Source: a virus
DNA: 64,000 nucleotides
Virus record (IMG/VR): IMGVR_UViG_3300024264_000006
Location: 83,637-147,636 of that record
Reading direction: 5' to 3' (one strand)
Positions 17,455 through 27,376 of this stretch are shown here, piece by piece (the stretch's first letter is position 1; each line of letters begins with the position of its first letter). The notes under the pieces were generated by a model. That model did no database searches, was not told where the DNA came from, and saw only the letters and a program-made list of their open reading frames with translations. Made by a program: the position numbers and the translations under genes.

Positions 17455-18395
17455 TATCCATTCCTATAAATGTATTCTAACGCTCTATCAGCCTCAACTG
17501 TAAGAGGTCTGTTCTCATACCAATTACCCGTGGAACTATCAAACTGTTTACACATGTTAGCAATCTGTGTTGCTGTGATCGGGTATCCACTTTCCACTGC
17601 TCTGCCTGCTATAGCGACCATGATCTGATACATCTTGTGATACCAACCCGTACCAGTTATTTGTATATATTCTGCCGCCAAAGATTTAGGCCAGAAGGGA
17701 CAGTCGGAGTATCCAACCCAATTATAATTGATGTTTGTGAGTTGACTCTTTCGGTGTTCAATGACTGCCTTTTGTAATTCTGGTGGTAATCTATCTAGGA
17801 AAGAATTACCTGTCTTCTCCACGTAGGGATTTTTTGCCATTAGTTCCGATACGTTAAGAGCATTACCGCCATCATGGTTAAAGATAAAGTTGTTGGAATT
17901 AGGATATAAAGCTGGTACATAATACATTCTCGCAAGGTCTTTAGTCTGCGGGTCTCCAATCTCTCCAAGTTCTGTATTAAGGGAGTGCCAGAATGCTTTG
18001 ATATTATCTCGTGCGATAGGTTCATCAGTTCTGAATACAATACGGAACTTAGCCATATCGTCCCTAGAACTAGCAGTACTATACACAACAAAATCCAACC
18101 CATGAAACTGATCAATTAGGGTCTCCTTTAAAAGTGATATGTCGTTAGGATATGCATGGTCATCCACATCAACAGCACACCAAGAACCCCAATGCAAAGT
18201 AGATCGATTACTACGAGTCGAACCGTCTTCGAAAACAGCAGGAGTAATAAGAGGACTAGAATTATTTCCACCTTTCTCACCTTTTTGTTTAGACAAACCA
18301 TATAACAAACTTACAAACTTGTCCCATGTATCTAGAGAGACACGCTTGTGAGTTTTGTTATCAAACTGGTTTTTAAATATAGTTAATTCATACAT
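17454..18395 (-). CDS. AEP/PrimPol-like primase-polymerase
   Basis: AVDVDD (DxD), YSTASS, KFRIVF, DPQTKDLARMYYVP; helical C-terminal domain; start ATG 18395. Confidence 0.65.
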   Translation of the reverse strand: MYELTIFKNQFDNKTHKRVSLDTWDKFVSLLYGLSKQKGEKGGNNSSPLITPAVFEDGSTRSNRSTLHWGSWCAVDVDDHAYPNDISLLKETLIDQFHGLDFVVYSTASSRDDMAKFRIVFRTDEPIARDNIKAFWHSLNTELGEIGDPQTKDLARMYYVPALYPNSNNFIFNHDGGNALNVSELMAKNPYVEKTGNSFLDRLPPELQKAVIEHRKSQLTNINYNWVGYSDCPFWPKSLAAEYIQITGTGWYHKMYQIMVAIAGRAVESGYPITATQIANMCKQFDSSTGNWYENRPLTVEADRALEYIYRNG

Positions 18396-18402
18396 GGGGT
18401 GT

Positions 18403-18432
18403 ATCATATCATACATCTAGTGTGCCTGTCAA
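18403..18432 (-). promoter_or_regulatory. sigma70 promoter TTGACA-N18-TATGAT for the PrimPol-like gene
   Basis: Ends 7 nt upstream of ATG 18395. Confidence 0.6.
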
Positions 18433-18804
18433 GTACTTATGCATACGCATTACAATGTCGGGGTCTTCCTTAAGATTACTTACTCCGGTGTTACACAAAT
18501 GACACAACCAGCCTCTAAATTCTCCGGACTCATGATCATGATCCAAACACCAAGAAGTTCTGACATAACCACGTTCAACCTGAGACTGTATAGTGTCACC
18601 ACATACCGGACAACTATAATCGTCGGGTGGAGAACTGTGTTGTCGTTTTAAAAACGAGAGTTGCTTGGTATGTCTTGACTTGCAAGACTTACACTTACTC
18701 CGGACATAGGTAGTGTCCATTGCAAACTCAGTGAGTGCCTTTACTTCTCTACACTCACTACACGTTCTTGTCTCCACCCATTCATCACCCCAAAGTGTGT
18801 TCAT
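18409..18804 (-). CDS. Endonuclease VII-like His-Me nuclease with Zn fingers
   Basis: CxxC motifs and LDHDH...[10 protein letters not shown]. Confidence 0.8.
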   Translation of the reverse strand: MNTLWGDEWVETRTCSECREVKALTEFAMDTTYVRSKCKSCKSRHTKQLSFLKRQHSSPPDDYSCPVCGDTIQSQVERGYVRTSWCLDHDHESGEFRGWLCHLCNTGVSNLKEDPDIVMRMHKYLTGTLDV

Positions 18805-21284
18805 GCAAAGAAGTCATCCAAGTTGGCCTTGGGTTCTGCACTCCAACCTACCGCATCAAGGATAGGCGTTAACGGGTCAAGGAAAGTCTTATCAAACATC
18901 TTGTCGTAGTCTACGTATTCACCCAGACCCAGTTCCTTCGGTAGATTCAGGGGAAACGCAATGACGTTTTCTGATAGACGGTTGGGCATCTTCAGGTAGA
19001 CAAACTTGATCTTCTCACCATTCTGCACCAATACGTAACGTCTTTCCAGTGCATTCTTCTTGATCGCATTGTTGTAAACAATCGCACCACGAACATGAAT
19101 CGGTGTACCCTTCTTATAGACGGTGTATCGATCAACCCACTTGATTACGTCCGACACGCCACGTGGAAATGAGATATCCTCGACGGGTAGTCTGCGGAAG
19201 TCAGTACGGAACTCACGAATAAACTGTTGAGTATCATCCTCGCTTTTCTCCACGATCACACGGAAGATTTCTTGGAACTTGTCACGAACGATCTGTGGTG
19301 TGGATGACTTGATCGCTTCGATACCCATCATCTTGAGTTTGGGTTTTGCGTACTGGACACCCTCATTATTGTGGACATTCAAGATGTATCGTTTCTTCGC
19401 CATCCAGATACCACGGTCTGCGATTACCTCACGTCCCATCTCCATACGATTGGTGTAAGCACAAGTCATGTCCGCAAGTTGTTGGTACGCCTTGTCAAGT
19501 ACAGGTTCGAAATGTTCAGAACAAATCTTGTCCAGAAACTTTACAGGATTCTTGGGAGAAAAATGATCAACGAGATTCCCCATCCTAATATAAACAGAAT
19601 CGGTGTCAATTGCCACAACATAGTCTTCGTCTGTGTTGAGAAGTTTTTGCATCTCATTGTTAACGGCCCTCTCCGCCCACTTGATTGCGAGTTGTCCCGC
19701 AAGAGTAATAGACTCTGCAACACGTTGGTCAAAGTATCGAAACCATCGATTACCCAACGCACCGTAGAGTGAGTTCATTAGAATCTTGATCGCCATCTGT
19801 TGGTTATTCAGGGCGGTGATCTTGTTGTCCAGTTCCTTGGTGTCACCGGATTGTTGTTCTTGTTGCAAGCGCAACATCTCTTTCTTGATGATTTTACGTT
19901 CATCATAGTACTGTCGAATCACACTAGGAATCACACCCTCTTTCTCGTGCGAGAATTTGATTCCGGTAGGTGCGACAGAGAAACCACTGTTCTCTACATT
20001 CACACTACCATCCAAGTACCCGTCAACACTTATATCGTTGTAGAACCCATCTAGGACGGTCTCAGGGGACATATTGTACTGTACAATGATGTTTGGGTAC
20101 AGACTGTTCAAGTCGAATGATGTAACCCAATCATGGGAACCTACTTGAGGTTCCTTGACGTAACCGCCAGGATATGAGGTCTTAGGTTTCTCTACCCTCG
20201 GTGGTGGACATATCTTACGTTCATTCAGGATACGATAGATGATTGTGTCCCAGATGTTTGTGGTTCCAAGTGTGTCGTTGTAGTTCACACCACCACGATA
20301 GGCCATGGTCAACACGAGAGATATCAGGTCGAGTTTCTCATCCAGTTTCTCTACGAGTTGTACGTCCTTGATATTGTAGTCGATGAACTTTTGGAAGTCA
20401 GACTTGTACAGGGTGTACAGTGAACCATGTTCCTCGTAGGAAAGTTTACCTTCACCCAATACCACGTGACCAATATGATCCAGTCGGTAGGACTCTTGTT
20501 GACCCAAGGTGTTGTACGTAAACTTCCGGAAGATTTCTAGGTAGTCGAGTTGTTCGATGCCTTCCAGTTTGTATTCTTGTTGTTTCTTGCCGTTAATGGT
20601 GGCGTTACCTTCACGTATCAGACCCCACGGTGATAGTTTCTTGGCCATGTCTGCACCGATAGTCTTACTGATACGGTTGACCAAGTACGGGATATCGAAG
20701 AACCTCGTGTTCCATCCGGTCACAATGTCAGGTTGATTGCGAGACCAGTGATCAACAAACTTCATCAACAGTGATGCTTCGGATTCACACTTCTCGTAGA
20801 TGGTGTCTTCACGTGGTTCATAGTCGTACAGACCCCAGACCCGATACGGGCCGTTGGGTGACTTGAGACTGATAGAGATTACTGGATGGTCTGCCTTGTC
20901 AGGTACAGGGAACCCCTCATCGGATGCCACCTCAATGTCAATGGTGCAGACATCCACCCACTCACGTTTGAATTGAATAGGAGTTGGGAACATCTCCGCA
21001 ATGAACTGAGACACAAAGTTGTTCATGCCGTAGATTTTGAAGTTGGGGATATCGTCGTATCGCTTCTGGAACTCAGTCGCCTCTTTCATGGAGTCAAACT
21101 TCATAGGTTCTACGGACACACCATCGATGCCCTTCCACTCCGAAATGTTTTTGTCGGACTGGACAAACAACGTAGGTTTGTAGGGAATTTTGGTTTGGAT
21201 TTTCTTGCCGTTCTCGGCATATCCACGGAAGAGGATATTGTTACCGTAACGAACAACAGAAGTGTAAAACATTGGTTGATTCAT
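18801..21284 (-). CDS. gp43: Family B DNA polymerase (T4 gp43)
   Basis: DIEV exonuclease motif, [25 protein letters not shown]. Confidence 0.97.
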   Translation of the reverse strand: MNQPMFYTSVVRYGNNILFRGYAENGKKIQTKIPYKPTLFVQSDKNISEWKGIDGVSVEPMKFDSMKEATEFQKRYDDIPNFKIYGMNNFVSQFIAEMFPTPIQFKREWVDVCTIDIEVASDEGFPVPDKADHPVISISLKSPNGPYRVWGLYDYEPREDTIYEKCESEASLLMKFVDHWSRNQPDIVTGWNTRFFDIPYLVNRISKTIGADMAKKLSPWGLIREGNATINGKKQQEYKLEGIEQLDYLEIFRKFTYNTLGQQESYRLDHIGHVVLGEGKLSYEEHGSLYTLYKSDFQKFIDYNIKDVQLVEKLDEKLDLISLVLTMAYRGGVNYNDTLGTTNIWDTIIYRILNERKICPPPRVEKPKTSYPGGYVKEPQVGSHDWVTSFDLNSLYPNIIVQYNMSPETVLDGFYNDISVDGYLDGSVNVENSGFSVAPTGIKFSHEKEGVIPSVIRQYYDERKIIKKEMLRLQQEQQSGDTKELDNKITALNNQQMAIKILMNSLYGALGNRWFRYFDQRVAESITLAGQLAIKWAERAVNNEMQKLLNTDEDYVVAIDTDSVYIRMGNLVDHFSPKNPVKFLDKICSEHFEPVLDKAYQQLADMTCAYTNRMEMGREVIADRGIWMAKKRYILNVHNNEGVQYAKPKLKMMGIEAIKSSTPQIVRDKFQEIFRVIVEKSEDDTQQFIREFRTDFRRLPVEDISFPRGVSDVIKWVDRYTVYKKGTPIHVRGAIVYNNAIKKNALERRYVLVQNGEKIKFVYLKMPNRLSENVIAFPLNLPKELGLGEYVDYDKMFDKTFLDPLTPILDAVGWSAEPKANLDDFFA

Positions 21285-21310
21285 ATATGCGCCTTTTTCA
21301 GTATCCGTGT

Positions 21311-21339
21311 ATTATACATGGATCAGAACGGGTTGTCAA
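21311..21339 (-). promoter_or_regulatory. Consensus sigma70 promoter TTGACA-N17-TATAAT for gp43
   Basis: Perfect consensus. Confidence 0.85.
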
Positions 21340-22148
21340 GTTAAAATTTTGAAGTTGCGAGATCGTGTCCAAGGTTCCTTAATGTATTTTTCTGGGTATC
21401 CATGATGGTCTTGAGTGACCGCCAACTCTTTAGATACTACTTGAGTAGTTGGGTTCTTGACGGAGTCATCCGGATTTGGGTCGGGATAATTGTAGGCCGT
21501 GAAGATATCTCTCCCAAAATAAAGAGTACTACAATTGGCATAAGGATGAATGCAGATATTTTCTTTTCCAAAGTAATCACGTTTGCTCAGGTAGTGTGTT
21601 ATGTAATTTTTAAAAAGTCTTTCCATGATACCGTATGGGCCACCGTTGATCCAGAATGCTTGTTCTGATAACAACTGATACATCCACTTAGCACAATGTG
21701 GAGATAACTGATAACATCCCATAAACAAACCTATGTTTGCGTAGTCAATGTTCTTATCAACAATATACTTTAGTAGCTTACGAAATTCATTTGAATGATG
21801 TGAACCTTCCCAAAGATACGAGTCATGTTCCATAACCAAGAATCTTTCTTCCGACTCTCCCTGTTGTCTCATCAACTCCCAGTGAGAACACATACCAGCT
21901 TTCTCTGTTGGGGAATGATCGTCGGGTTGACTACCTGCCAAATCGACTTTTGCCAAAGAAGGTAACCAATTATACCTCGCACTTATTTGTGTGAATTCAG
22001 GATGGTCGGGTGTTATCGCATCGAAGGTTTCAAACTCAATAGTCTCATCATCTATTAATCGTTGAAAAGACAGTCTAGAAATTTCTGCATACGACTCTGA
22101 ACGATCATCATCTTTTATAACAATTTGTTTTACTTTCATATCACACAC
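21336..22148 (-). CDS. Glycosyltransferase family 25-like protein
   Basis: FDAITP, TEKAGMCSHWELM and LVMEHD resemble GT25 motifs. Confidence 0.6.
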   Translation of the reverse strand: MCDMKVKQIVIKDDDRSESYAEISRLSFQRLIDDETIEFETFDAITPDHPEFTQISARYNWLPSLAKVDLAGSQPDDHSPTEKAGMCSHWELMRQQGESEERFLVMEHDSYLWEGSHHSNEFRKLLKYIVDKNIDYANIGLFMGCYQLSPHCAKWMYQLLSEQAFWINGGPYGIMERLFKNYITHYLSKRDYFGKENICIHPYANCSTLYFGRDIFTAYNYPDPNPDDSVKNPTTQVVSKELAVTQDHHGYPEKYIKEPWTRSRNFKILT

Positions 22149-22153
22149 TAATA

Positions 22154-22175
22154 TGGGGGTGGCGAACCACCCCCA
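22154..22175 (-). terminator. Stable hairpin GGGGGTGG-TTCG-CCACCCCC (terminator or processing signal)
   Basis: 8-9 bp stem with UUCG loop on the minus strand; weak U tract. Confidence 0.6.
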
Positions 22176-22184
22176 ATAGGTAGT

Positions 22185-22277
22185 TTAGAGTAATGGTAAG
22201 AATGCGAACCACACACATGTTGCAAACATGCCCGTGACTACAAACTCACCAACCCGTTCAAATAGGTCAGTTTTCAT
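22185..22277 (-). CDS. 30-aa hydrophobic peptide downstream of hsp20
   Basis: MKTDLFERVGEFVVTGMFATCVWFAFLPLL; strong GAGGAG SD. Confidence 0.6.
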   Translation of the reverse strand: MKTDLFERVGEFVVTGMFATCVWFAFLPLL

Positions 22278-22296
22278 GATCTTCTCCTCGTTAGAT

Positions 22297-22725
22297 TTAT
22301 AAAATATCGATCTTACGAGGTCTCTTCTCTTCCGGAAGTTCAAACTTCAACTGAACGGACAGAATTCCATCCTTGAGAGAAGCACCGTCAACATAGACGT
22401 ACTCTGACAGTCGGAACACCCTCTTGAACTTCTTCTGCGAGATACCTTTATGAATGTACGTAACATCATCTCCATCTTCCCCAGACTTTGATTTTTCACC
22501 TTTTACAGTGAGAGTACGTTCATCCTGTTCGATCTCCAGATCGTCCAGAGTAAATCCAGCTACTGCGATTTCGATTTGATAATCGTCCTCAGTAACCTTC
22601 ACAACATTGTGTGGAGGATATGTATCAGTGGCGTGTTTGGCAACCCAATCAAGTTCTTGAAACAGGTGGTCAAAACCCACAAACGAAGAGCGTGGAAATA
22701 GTGTATTAGCTTTAAGATTAGTCAT
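22297..22725 (-). CDS. hsp20: Small heat shock protein (Hsp20/IbpA-like)
   Basis: YPPHNV, IEIAVAGF, HKGISQKKF, ASLKDGIL, PRKIDI. Confidence 0.93.
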   Translation of the reverse strand: MTNLKANTLFPRSSFVGFDHLFQELDWVAKHATDTYPPHNVVKVTEDDYQIEIAVAGFTLDDLEIEQDERTLTVKGEKSKSGEDGDDVTYIHKGISQKKFKRVFRLSEYVYVDGASLKDGILSVQLKFELPEEKRPRKIDIL

Positions 22726-22841
22726 TTGTTTTCTCCTTTTTTAAAGCAAGATTAAATATGAACCGGAACCATTCCGCATTCACGTTACTATATATACTAA
22801 ATAGTATTGCAAACTATAACACATTTAAGGATTATTTGGCA

Positions 22842-23180
22842 ATGACTGATTATAAATTTGATCAAGACACAGCACCTAGTAACGGTGATGTATTGACGTG
22901 GAATGCAACTGCAAATCGCATTAAGTGGACTTCTCTTCCTTCCGACTCGACACTGGCATCTACCATTATAAAAATTCCAAATGGTGCGGGGGAGGGTGGA
23001 ACTCCGGTAATATATAGTACCCCAGCTGGTTCTTATATTGGTGGCCACGGCACCTTGTCTGGTGGTGGATTATCTACTGTTACTATGGCTGAAGGTGTGA
23101 TTTATGGCCCTACCAGCGGCGCTGATATTTCAATAAGCGGAACAGAAGGCGAATACTTTATTCTGTCTAAACCCGTCTAG
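22842..23180 (+). CDS. Small virion/tail-fibre-like protein
   Basis: DTAPSNGDVLTWNAT fibre-type repeat; Gly/Ser/Thr rich; CTAAATA late-like promoter upstream. Confidence 0.55.
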   Translation: MTDYKFDQDTAPSNGDVLTWNATANRIKWTSLPSDSTLASTIIKIPNGAGEGGTPVIYSTPAGSYIGGHGTLSGGGLSTVTMAEGVIYGPTSGADISISGTEGEYFILSKPV

Positions 23181-23737
23181 AAATAGACTGAAGGGTCTGG
23201 GTCTCCCTCAACACCGAAACTAAATGTCGCACGTGATATACGTGGGAATATTTGGTGGTGTGTGCCACGTGGTAGGTAAACATAATCGCCGGGATGGAAG
23301 TCGAATTCTTCGTTGTTATTCACTCCCTCAACACGTATACCGATAGTAGAGATTACCTGTACCAAGAAAACATCCATACTGTCTTTATGCCATGGGTAAC
23401 TATCAGATTCTTGGCCAAACCCAGTAAATGCAATGTTGGTTATGCTTCTTTTGTTACCATGCAGTGAAAAGAAGTCTTCAATCTGTTCTTGAATTTCTTT
23501 CGCAAAATCAGGTGCGGAAGGTCTGCCATGAAAGACATTGAGTCCGATCCTAAACTTACTTGAGTTAGAGTCAACCTTTTCTAGTGGATGAGTATCCAAC
23601 ATATCCATATGTCGGTTCCAGTCGTAATTCTCAACAACGTCCTTTGGTAAACTACCAAAGAAAGGCGTCTTGGAGGCTACATTGTCTTCTTGTCCTTCAA
23701 ATAGTTTTGGTATCATGAAAATCTCTTTTGTAGCCAT
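23177..23737 (-). CDS. JmjC/cupin-4 type 2OG oxygenase
   Basis: WHKD...VFLVQV...PGDYVYLPRGTHH. Confidence 0.75.
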   Translation of the reverse strand: MATKEIFMIPKLFEGQEDNVASKTPFFGSLPKDVVENYDWNRHMDMLDTHPLEKVDSNSSKFRIGLNVFHGRPSAPDFAKEIQEQIEDFFSLHGNKRSITNIAFTGFGQESDSYPWHKDSMDVFLVQVISTIGIRVEGVNNNEEFDFHPGDYVYLPRGTHHQIFPRISRATFSFGVEGDPDPSVYF

Positions 23738-24000
23738 TTAAACAGAGCGTATATACTCAATCCATAAAAGGCCAACACACTCATAGGTAAAGCGATATAG
23801 GCAAGTTCCCACGGACTTAGGAACAATACCTGCCATGTAAAATCTGCGATTGCCTGTCCGTCACCGGATAACTCAGGCACAACATCTACGTTTTCGGAAA
23901 ATTCTTGTTGAAGGTCTAATTCATATTCACGTATGAATAGACTCCACTCCTGTTCGGAAAAGCATATATGGTTTTCTTTACACCACTCCTTTTCCACCAC
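23713..24000 (-). CDS. Hypothetical membrane protein
   Basis: C-terminal TM helix. Confidence 0.65.
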   Translation of the reverse strand: MVEKEWCKENHICFSEQEWSLFIREYELDLQQEFSENVDVVPELSGDGQAIADFTWQVLFLSPWELAYIALPMSVLAFYGLSIYALFKWLQKRFS

Positions 24001-24002
24001 GG

Positions 24003-24413
24003 TTACTTGTTTCCGATATTATATTTTGGACAAAGTTCCCATTGATCCTTATCCTTAAATCCAATAATTTTAATTTGACGCATAGGCGCACAGTCTTCTG
24101 CAACTTCCTTGTTATGGATTTCTACCAGACCCCAGTCTGCTAATAGAGTTGCGATAGTGTTGCGTCTTTGTACATCCGATAATTCTAAGTTAGACTTCTT
24201 ACCGTCCAACATGAATAGTTCTTTGAAGTGTACAATGAAGTATCTTCCTTGTTTATGCAAGATATGACAAGATTGAAATAACTTGTTCTCTTTACGAGAA
24301 GCTACTCCGATTCTTGTTAGGGTTTCTCTCACTTTCAAAAAATCATCTGGTTCTGCCAGAATGACTTCCAACATCTTTGCCGGATTCCATTCAACAATAT
24401 TATTTTCTTCCAC
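24003..24413 (-). CDS. regA: Translational repressor RegA
   Basis: DDFLKVRETLTRIGVAS, QSCHILHKQGRYFIVHFKELF. Confidence 0.96.
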   Translation of the reverse strand: MEENNIVEWNPAKMLEVILAEPDDFLKVRETLTRIGVASRKENKLFQSCHILHKQGRYFIVHFKELFMLDGKKSNLELSDVQRRNTIATLLADWGLVEIHNKEVAEDCAPMRQIKIIGFKDKDQWELCPKYNIGNK

Positions 24414-24792
24414 CTTTATTCACCTTATTTTTTATAAATTCAATTTGTTCGGAAGATAGTAGAGATACCACTTGGCGGGCTTTTTCATTGCTATAGCCAT
24501 AATACTCTTTTATCACTTCCACGTTCTTTTCAACATCAGGTTTTACCCATTTGGAGAAACGTTTCCGTTTCCTAATGATATTTATAAAAAAATCATATTG
24601 TAGACGGTTGTCTATATAGTGGTGAATATTCATGGCATTCGCCAATGAAACTGTGTCTTGGAAGTAAGATAGGGTACGATTTACCACAAAGGGTACGTAC
24701 TGTTTTTCTTCGTCTGTTCCTTCCATGAGGTTTTTCTTGTTAGTGTTGATACTATTCAAGAAATCAAATGGACTAATTTTCTGTCCAGCCAT
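24400..24792 (-). CDS. gp62: Clamp loader small subunit (gp62)
   Basis: PFDFLNSI, NRTLSYF, RKRKRFSKW, EYYGYSNEKA; upstream of regA. Confidence 0.9.
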   Translation of the reverse strand: MAGQKISPFDFLNSINTNKKNLMEGTDEEKQYVPFVVNRTLSYFQDTVSLANAMNIHHYIDNRLQYDFFINIIRKRKRFSKWVKPDVEKNVEVIKEYYGYSNEKARQVVSLLSSEQIEFIKNKVNKGGRK

Positions 24793-25531
24793 AATCATAA
24801 TCCTCTTCATAAATACGCATTATACGCTTTTTTTGTCCGCCTGTCAATTGTTCGACACTTGGATAGTTTGTGTAACTACTTTTGTTACGTACCTTGGTCA
24901 GAGACTCAGTACCAGTGTATTCGTTGTGGTACTTCAGGAAGACCAATATATCCCCAAACCTATTCATTGGGTATATCTGGTGATACTGTCCTCTATTGCC
25001 TAGGTAGTGAGTTTGAGTAAAGAAGTGTGAGTTCTGTATCTCCCCATTCCACACACCATTTATAACATCGTCAATGTTTTTTGGGAGTCTCTGTACGTCC
25101 GACAACTTGTGTAATTCATACAGTTCATTTTCGTTTAAATCATCCTTTCCGGTAATATCTCTTTGTCGGTTATATTCGTCCTTTAGATACTCACAGGCGG
25201 ATAAGAACCTCTTTATCGGATCACGTGAAACAGTGACCCTGTAACTATTCCTTCGAAAAGGCAAGTCCGGTTGGTAACCATACTTTTCAATTTCTTCCAT
25301 ACGGTGAACTTTAGTGGCGTATTGACGGTCACGCAATGTCTGACCAAGATTTGCACCGTCCACAAGAACCTTAAACATCTTCAGACTAGAGATACCGTTC
25401 TTAGGACACAGACGCACATCAATGTTGTTCTTAAAATAAAGAACGTTCTCTGTAGGCCACATAATACCACGCAGTCTTTTTCTAAGAATCTTGCGTAGTT
25501 CCTCTTGATAAATTTTATCTATCTGGGACAT
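24773..25531 (-). CDS. Sulfotransferase family 2-like protein
   Basis: PAPS-binding motifs PKNGISSLK and RDPIKRFLS; HFFTQ; YEEDY. Confidence 0.7.
   Translation of the reverse strand: MSQIDKIYQEELRKILRKRLRGIMWPTENVLYFKNNIDVRLCPKNGISSLKMFKVLVDGANLGQTLRDRQYATKVHRMEEIEKYGYQPDLPFRRNSYRVTVSRDPIKRFLSACEYLKDEYNRQRDITGKDDLNENELYELHKLSDVQRLPKNIDDVINGVWNGEIQNSHFFTQTHYLGNRGQYHQIYPMNRFGDILVFLKYHNEYTGTESLTKVRNKSSYTNYPSVEQLTGGQKKRIMRIYEEDYDYGWTEN
24819..24847 (-). promoter_or_regulatory. Consensus sigma70 promoter for gp62-regA, inside the sulfotransferase gene
   Basis: TTGACA-N17-TATAAT. Confidence 0.75.
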
Positions 25532-25988
25532 GGATAACTTCTATGCCACATTTCTCAAGAAAAGAAATACCAGCATCACCTTTGTGATATGTGTTGTTAT
25601 AGAAAACCCTTGATATGCCAGATTGATGTATGAGTTTAGCGCAATCCATACATGGTGCCATAGTCACGTATAGACTAGAACCTTCGGACGATTCTCCAGA
25701 CCTAGCAACCTTAGCGATTGCATTTGTCTCTGCATGTAAAACTTCAGGTTTAGTTTTGAGTTTCACATAGATCGGATCAACAGTTTTTTCGTGTTGGGCC
25801 CAGATAGGCCAGTCTTCATCTTCACAGTTATTATCCCAACCAGAGGGCATACCATTGTATCCAATGGAGATGATCCGGTTATCCTTTACAATAACACATC
25901 CAACTTTTGCTCTGCGACCATGTGAAAGATTGGCATACACATGAGCTGCATCCATGTGAGCATAGTCCCACTTAGTCAATGATTCCAT
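25515..25988 (-). CDS. cd: dCMP deaminase
   Basis: GYNG, HAETNA, PCMDC. Confidence 0.92.
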   Translation of the reverse strand: MESLTKWDYAHMDAAHVYANLSHGRRAKVGCVIVKDNRIISIGYNGMPSGWDNNCEDEDWPIWAQHEKTVDPIYVKLKTKPEVLHAETNAIAKVARSGESSEGSSLYVTMAPCMDCAKLIHQSGISRVFYNNTYHKGDAGISFLEKCGIEVIHVPDR

Positions 25989-26193
25989 CTTTCTTCACCC
26001 CAAAACGAATGACGTTGTACCAAAGCCTTTCGTGATAATAATATAATACAAACTTAATTACCATATCCGCAATGAATACAGCTCCGATTGCTTTTGCAGG
26101 CATTCCAAATGCCCATGCGATTAATGCTGTTGTTGTTGAAGCAATAATTCTCCAAGTAACAGCCTTCATCAAATGTCTTTTCTTACTAATCAA
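25972..26193 (-). CDS. DUF2061-like small membrane protein
   Basis: KAVTWRI...YYYHERLW. Confidence 0.75.
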   Translation of the reverse strand: MISKKRHLMKAVTWRIIASTTTALIAWAFGMPAKAIGAVFIADMVIKFVLYYYHERLWYNVIRFGVKKDGIID

Positions 26194-26606
26194 TATCTAA
26201 CGCTTCCTTAATTTTTGGCGGGAAGTATGCATCGGGTTTCATGACCTTTCCGGTATCAGGATTTTTCATCAACTGTCCATCCTGTACTTTACTCATGTTG
26301 GATTCCCATACGGCATCCCACACTTTATAGAAGTCAATACCTAGTGTACTACTTAGTCCCATGATAACCCACACCATATCAGCAATACCGTCAGCAACTC
26401 CTACAACATCTTTATCTGCGAACGCTTCCTTGGTTTCTAGGAACTCTTCTTCAACCAAGTCCATATACAATTTTGATTGATCTTCATCAAACATGATTGT
26501 AGGATCGTCCGGTATAACATACCTCAATGGTTGATCCGCAGCCACCATAAAGATGTCAACATCTTCTTGAGGTGAGAACCCTTTACTTTGTTGTTTATCT
26601 GTCATA
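26186..26606 (-). CDS. MazG-like/PRA-PH nucleotide pyrophosphohydrolase
   Basis: LVEEEFLE...VADGIAD...SNMSK...GKVMKP; start MTDKQ. Confidence 0.8.
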
Positions 26607-26622
26607 ACATATCCTTGTCTAG

Positions 26623-26790
26623 TTACCAGTTCCTCAAAACATTTGCCATAATCATCATAGCACACAGTAGGTTGATACCGACAATAAATGTGCGGATAGT
26701 GGCCACGATGTTATCGTTTGCGGGATCGTATCCGTCTTGTTCTGAATATGATCCCAGTGCATGTTTCCATATAGTCCAAAGTTTATTCAT
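26623..26790 (-). CDS. Small membrane protein, 55 aa (not in ORF track)
   Basis: MNKLWTIWKHALGSYSEQDGYDPANDNIVATIRTFIVGINLLCAMMIMANVLRNW; fills the gap. Confidence 0.7.
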   Translation of the reverse strand: MNKLWTIWKHALGSYSEQDGYDPANDNIVATIRTFIVGINLLCAMMIMANVLRNW

Positions 26791-26973
26791 TTAGTGTTCT
26801 CTTGATGCCTCCGTTTTCCCGACCTTTCTGAATCTCTTATTATACTTTCTTTTGATACTCTTGGCAACCCCACTTCGTGCTAGGTAACAATACATTTGTC
26901 TACCATAACCAAATGCATCGTATTCATCACCATCGTTCGTTGGTATTTTTGGGTTCTTCTTAGCCATAAACAA
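26791..26973 (-). CDS. Small basic hypothetical protein
   Basis: ORF with GGAG SD. Confidence 0.65.
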   Translation of the reverse strand: MFMAKKNPKIPTNDGDEYDAFGYGRQMYCYLARSGVAKSIKRKYNKRFRKVGKTEASREH

Positions 26974-26986
26974 TCTCCGAAAGTAT

Positions 26987-27376
26987 TTACAACAACCTCA
27001 GTCTTAACTCTTCTTTCATACAAGCACGTCTGATAGGACATACACCACCCATCTCAATAACTGATTGAAGGTGTTCCGTTTCCATCTCTGCAATAGTCTT
27101 GTACTGCAATGGTTGTTTACCATCTTTGCCGTATGTTCCCCACGTGAGTACCTCACTTTGTACCTTATGGGGTTCATTGTCATACAGACACATATCAATT
27201 TGGTCTGCATGAAAAGACCGTCTTACATAATCAAGACCACCATCGACCATATAGGTCTTACCAGACAGAGCGTCTACATGGGTCACATAGTCGTGTCGAG
27301 TTTTAGATTCTATTATAGTACCGTCAGGCGTTTGTAACGCATTACGAATAAGTCTTGGGAATTCCCTTGGAACCAT
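26987..27376 (-). CDS. Hypothetical protein
   Basis: HDYVTH and VDGGLDY motifs; coupled to gp44. Confidence 0.7.
   Translation of the reverse strand: MVPREFPRLIRNALQTPDGTIIESKTRHDYVTHVDALSGKTYMVDGGLDYVRRSFHADQIDMCLYDNEPHKVQSEVLTWGTYGKDGKQPLQYKTIAEMETEHLQSVIEMGGVCPIRRACMKEELRLRLL

Noticed and set aside
22758-22841. ORF-track start of the plus-strand gene at 22758
   Set aside because: This stretch is the hsp20 leader and promoter region; ATG 22842 has an AAGGA SD
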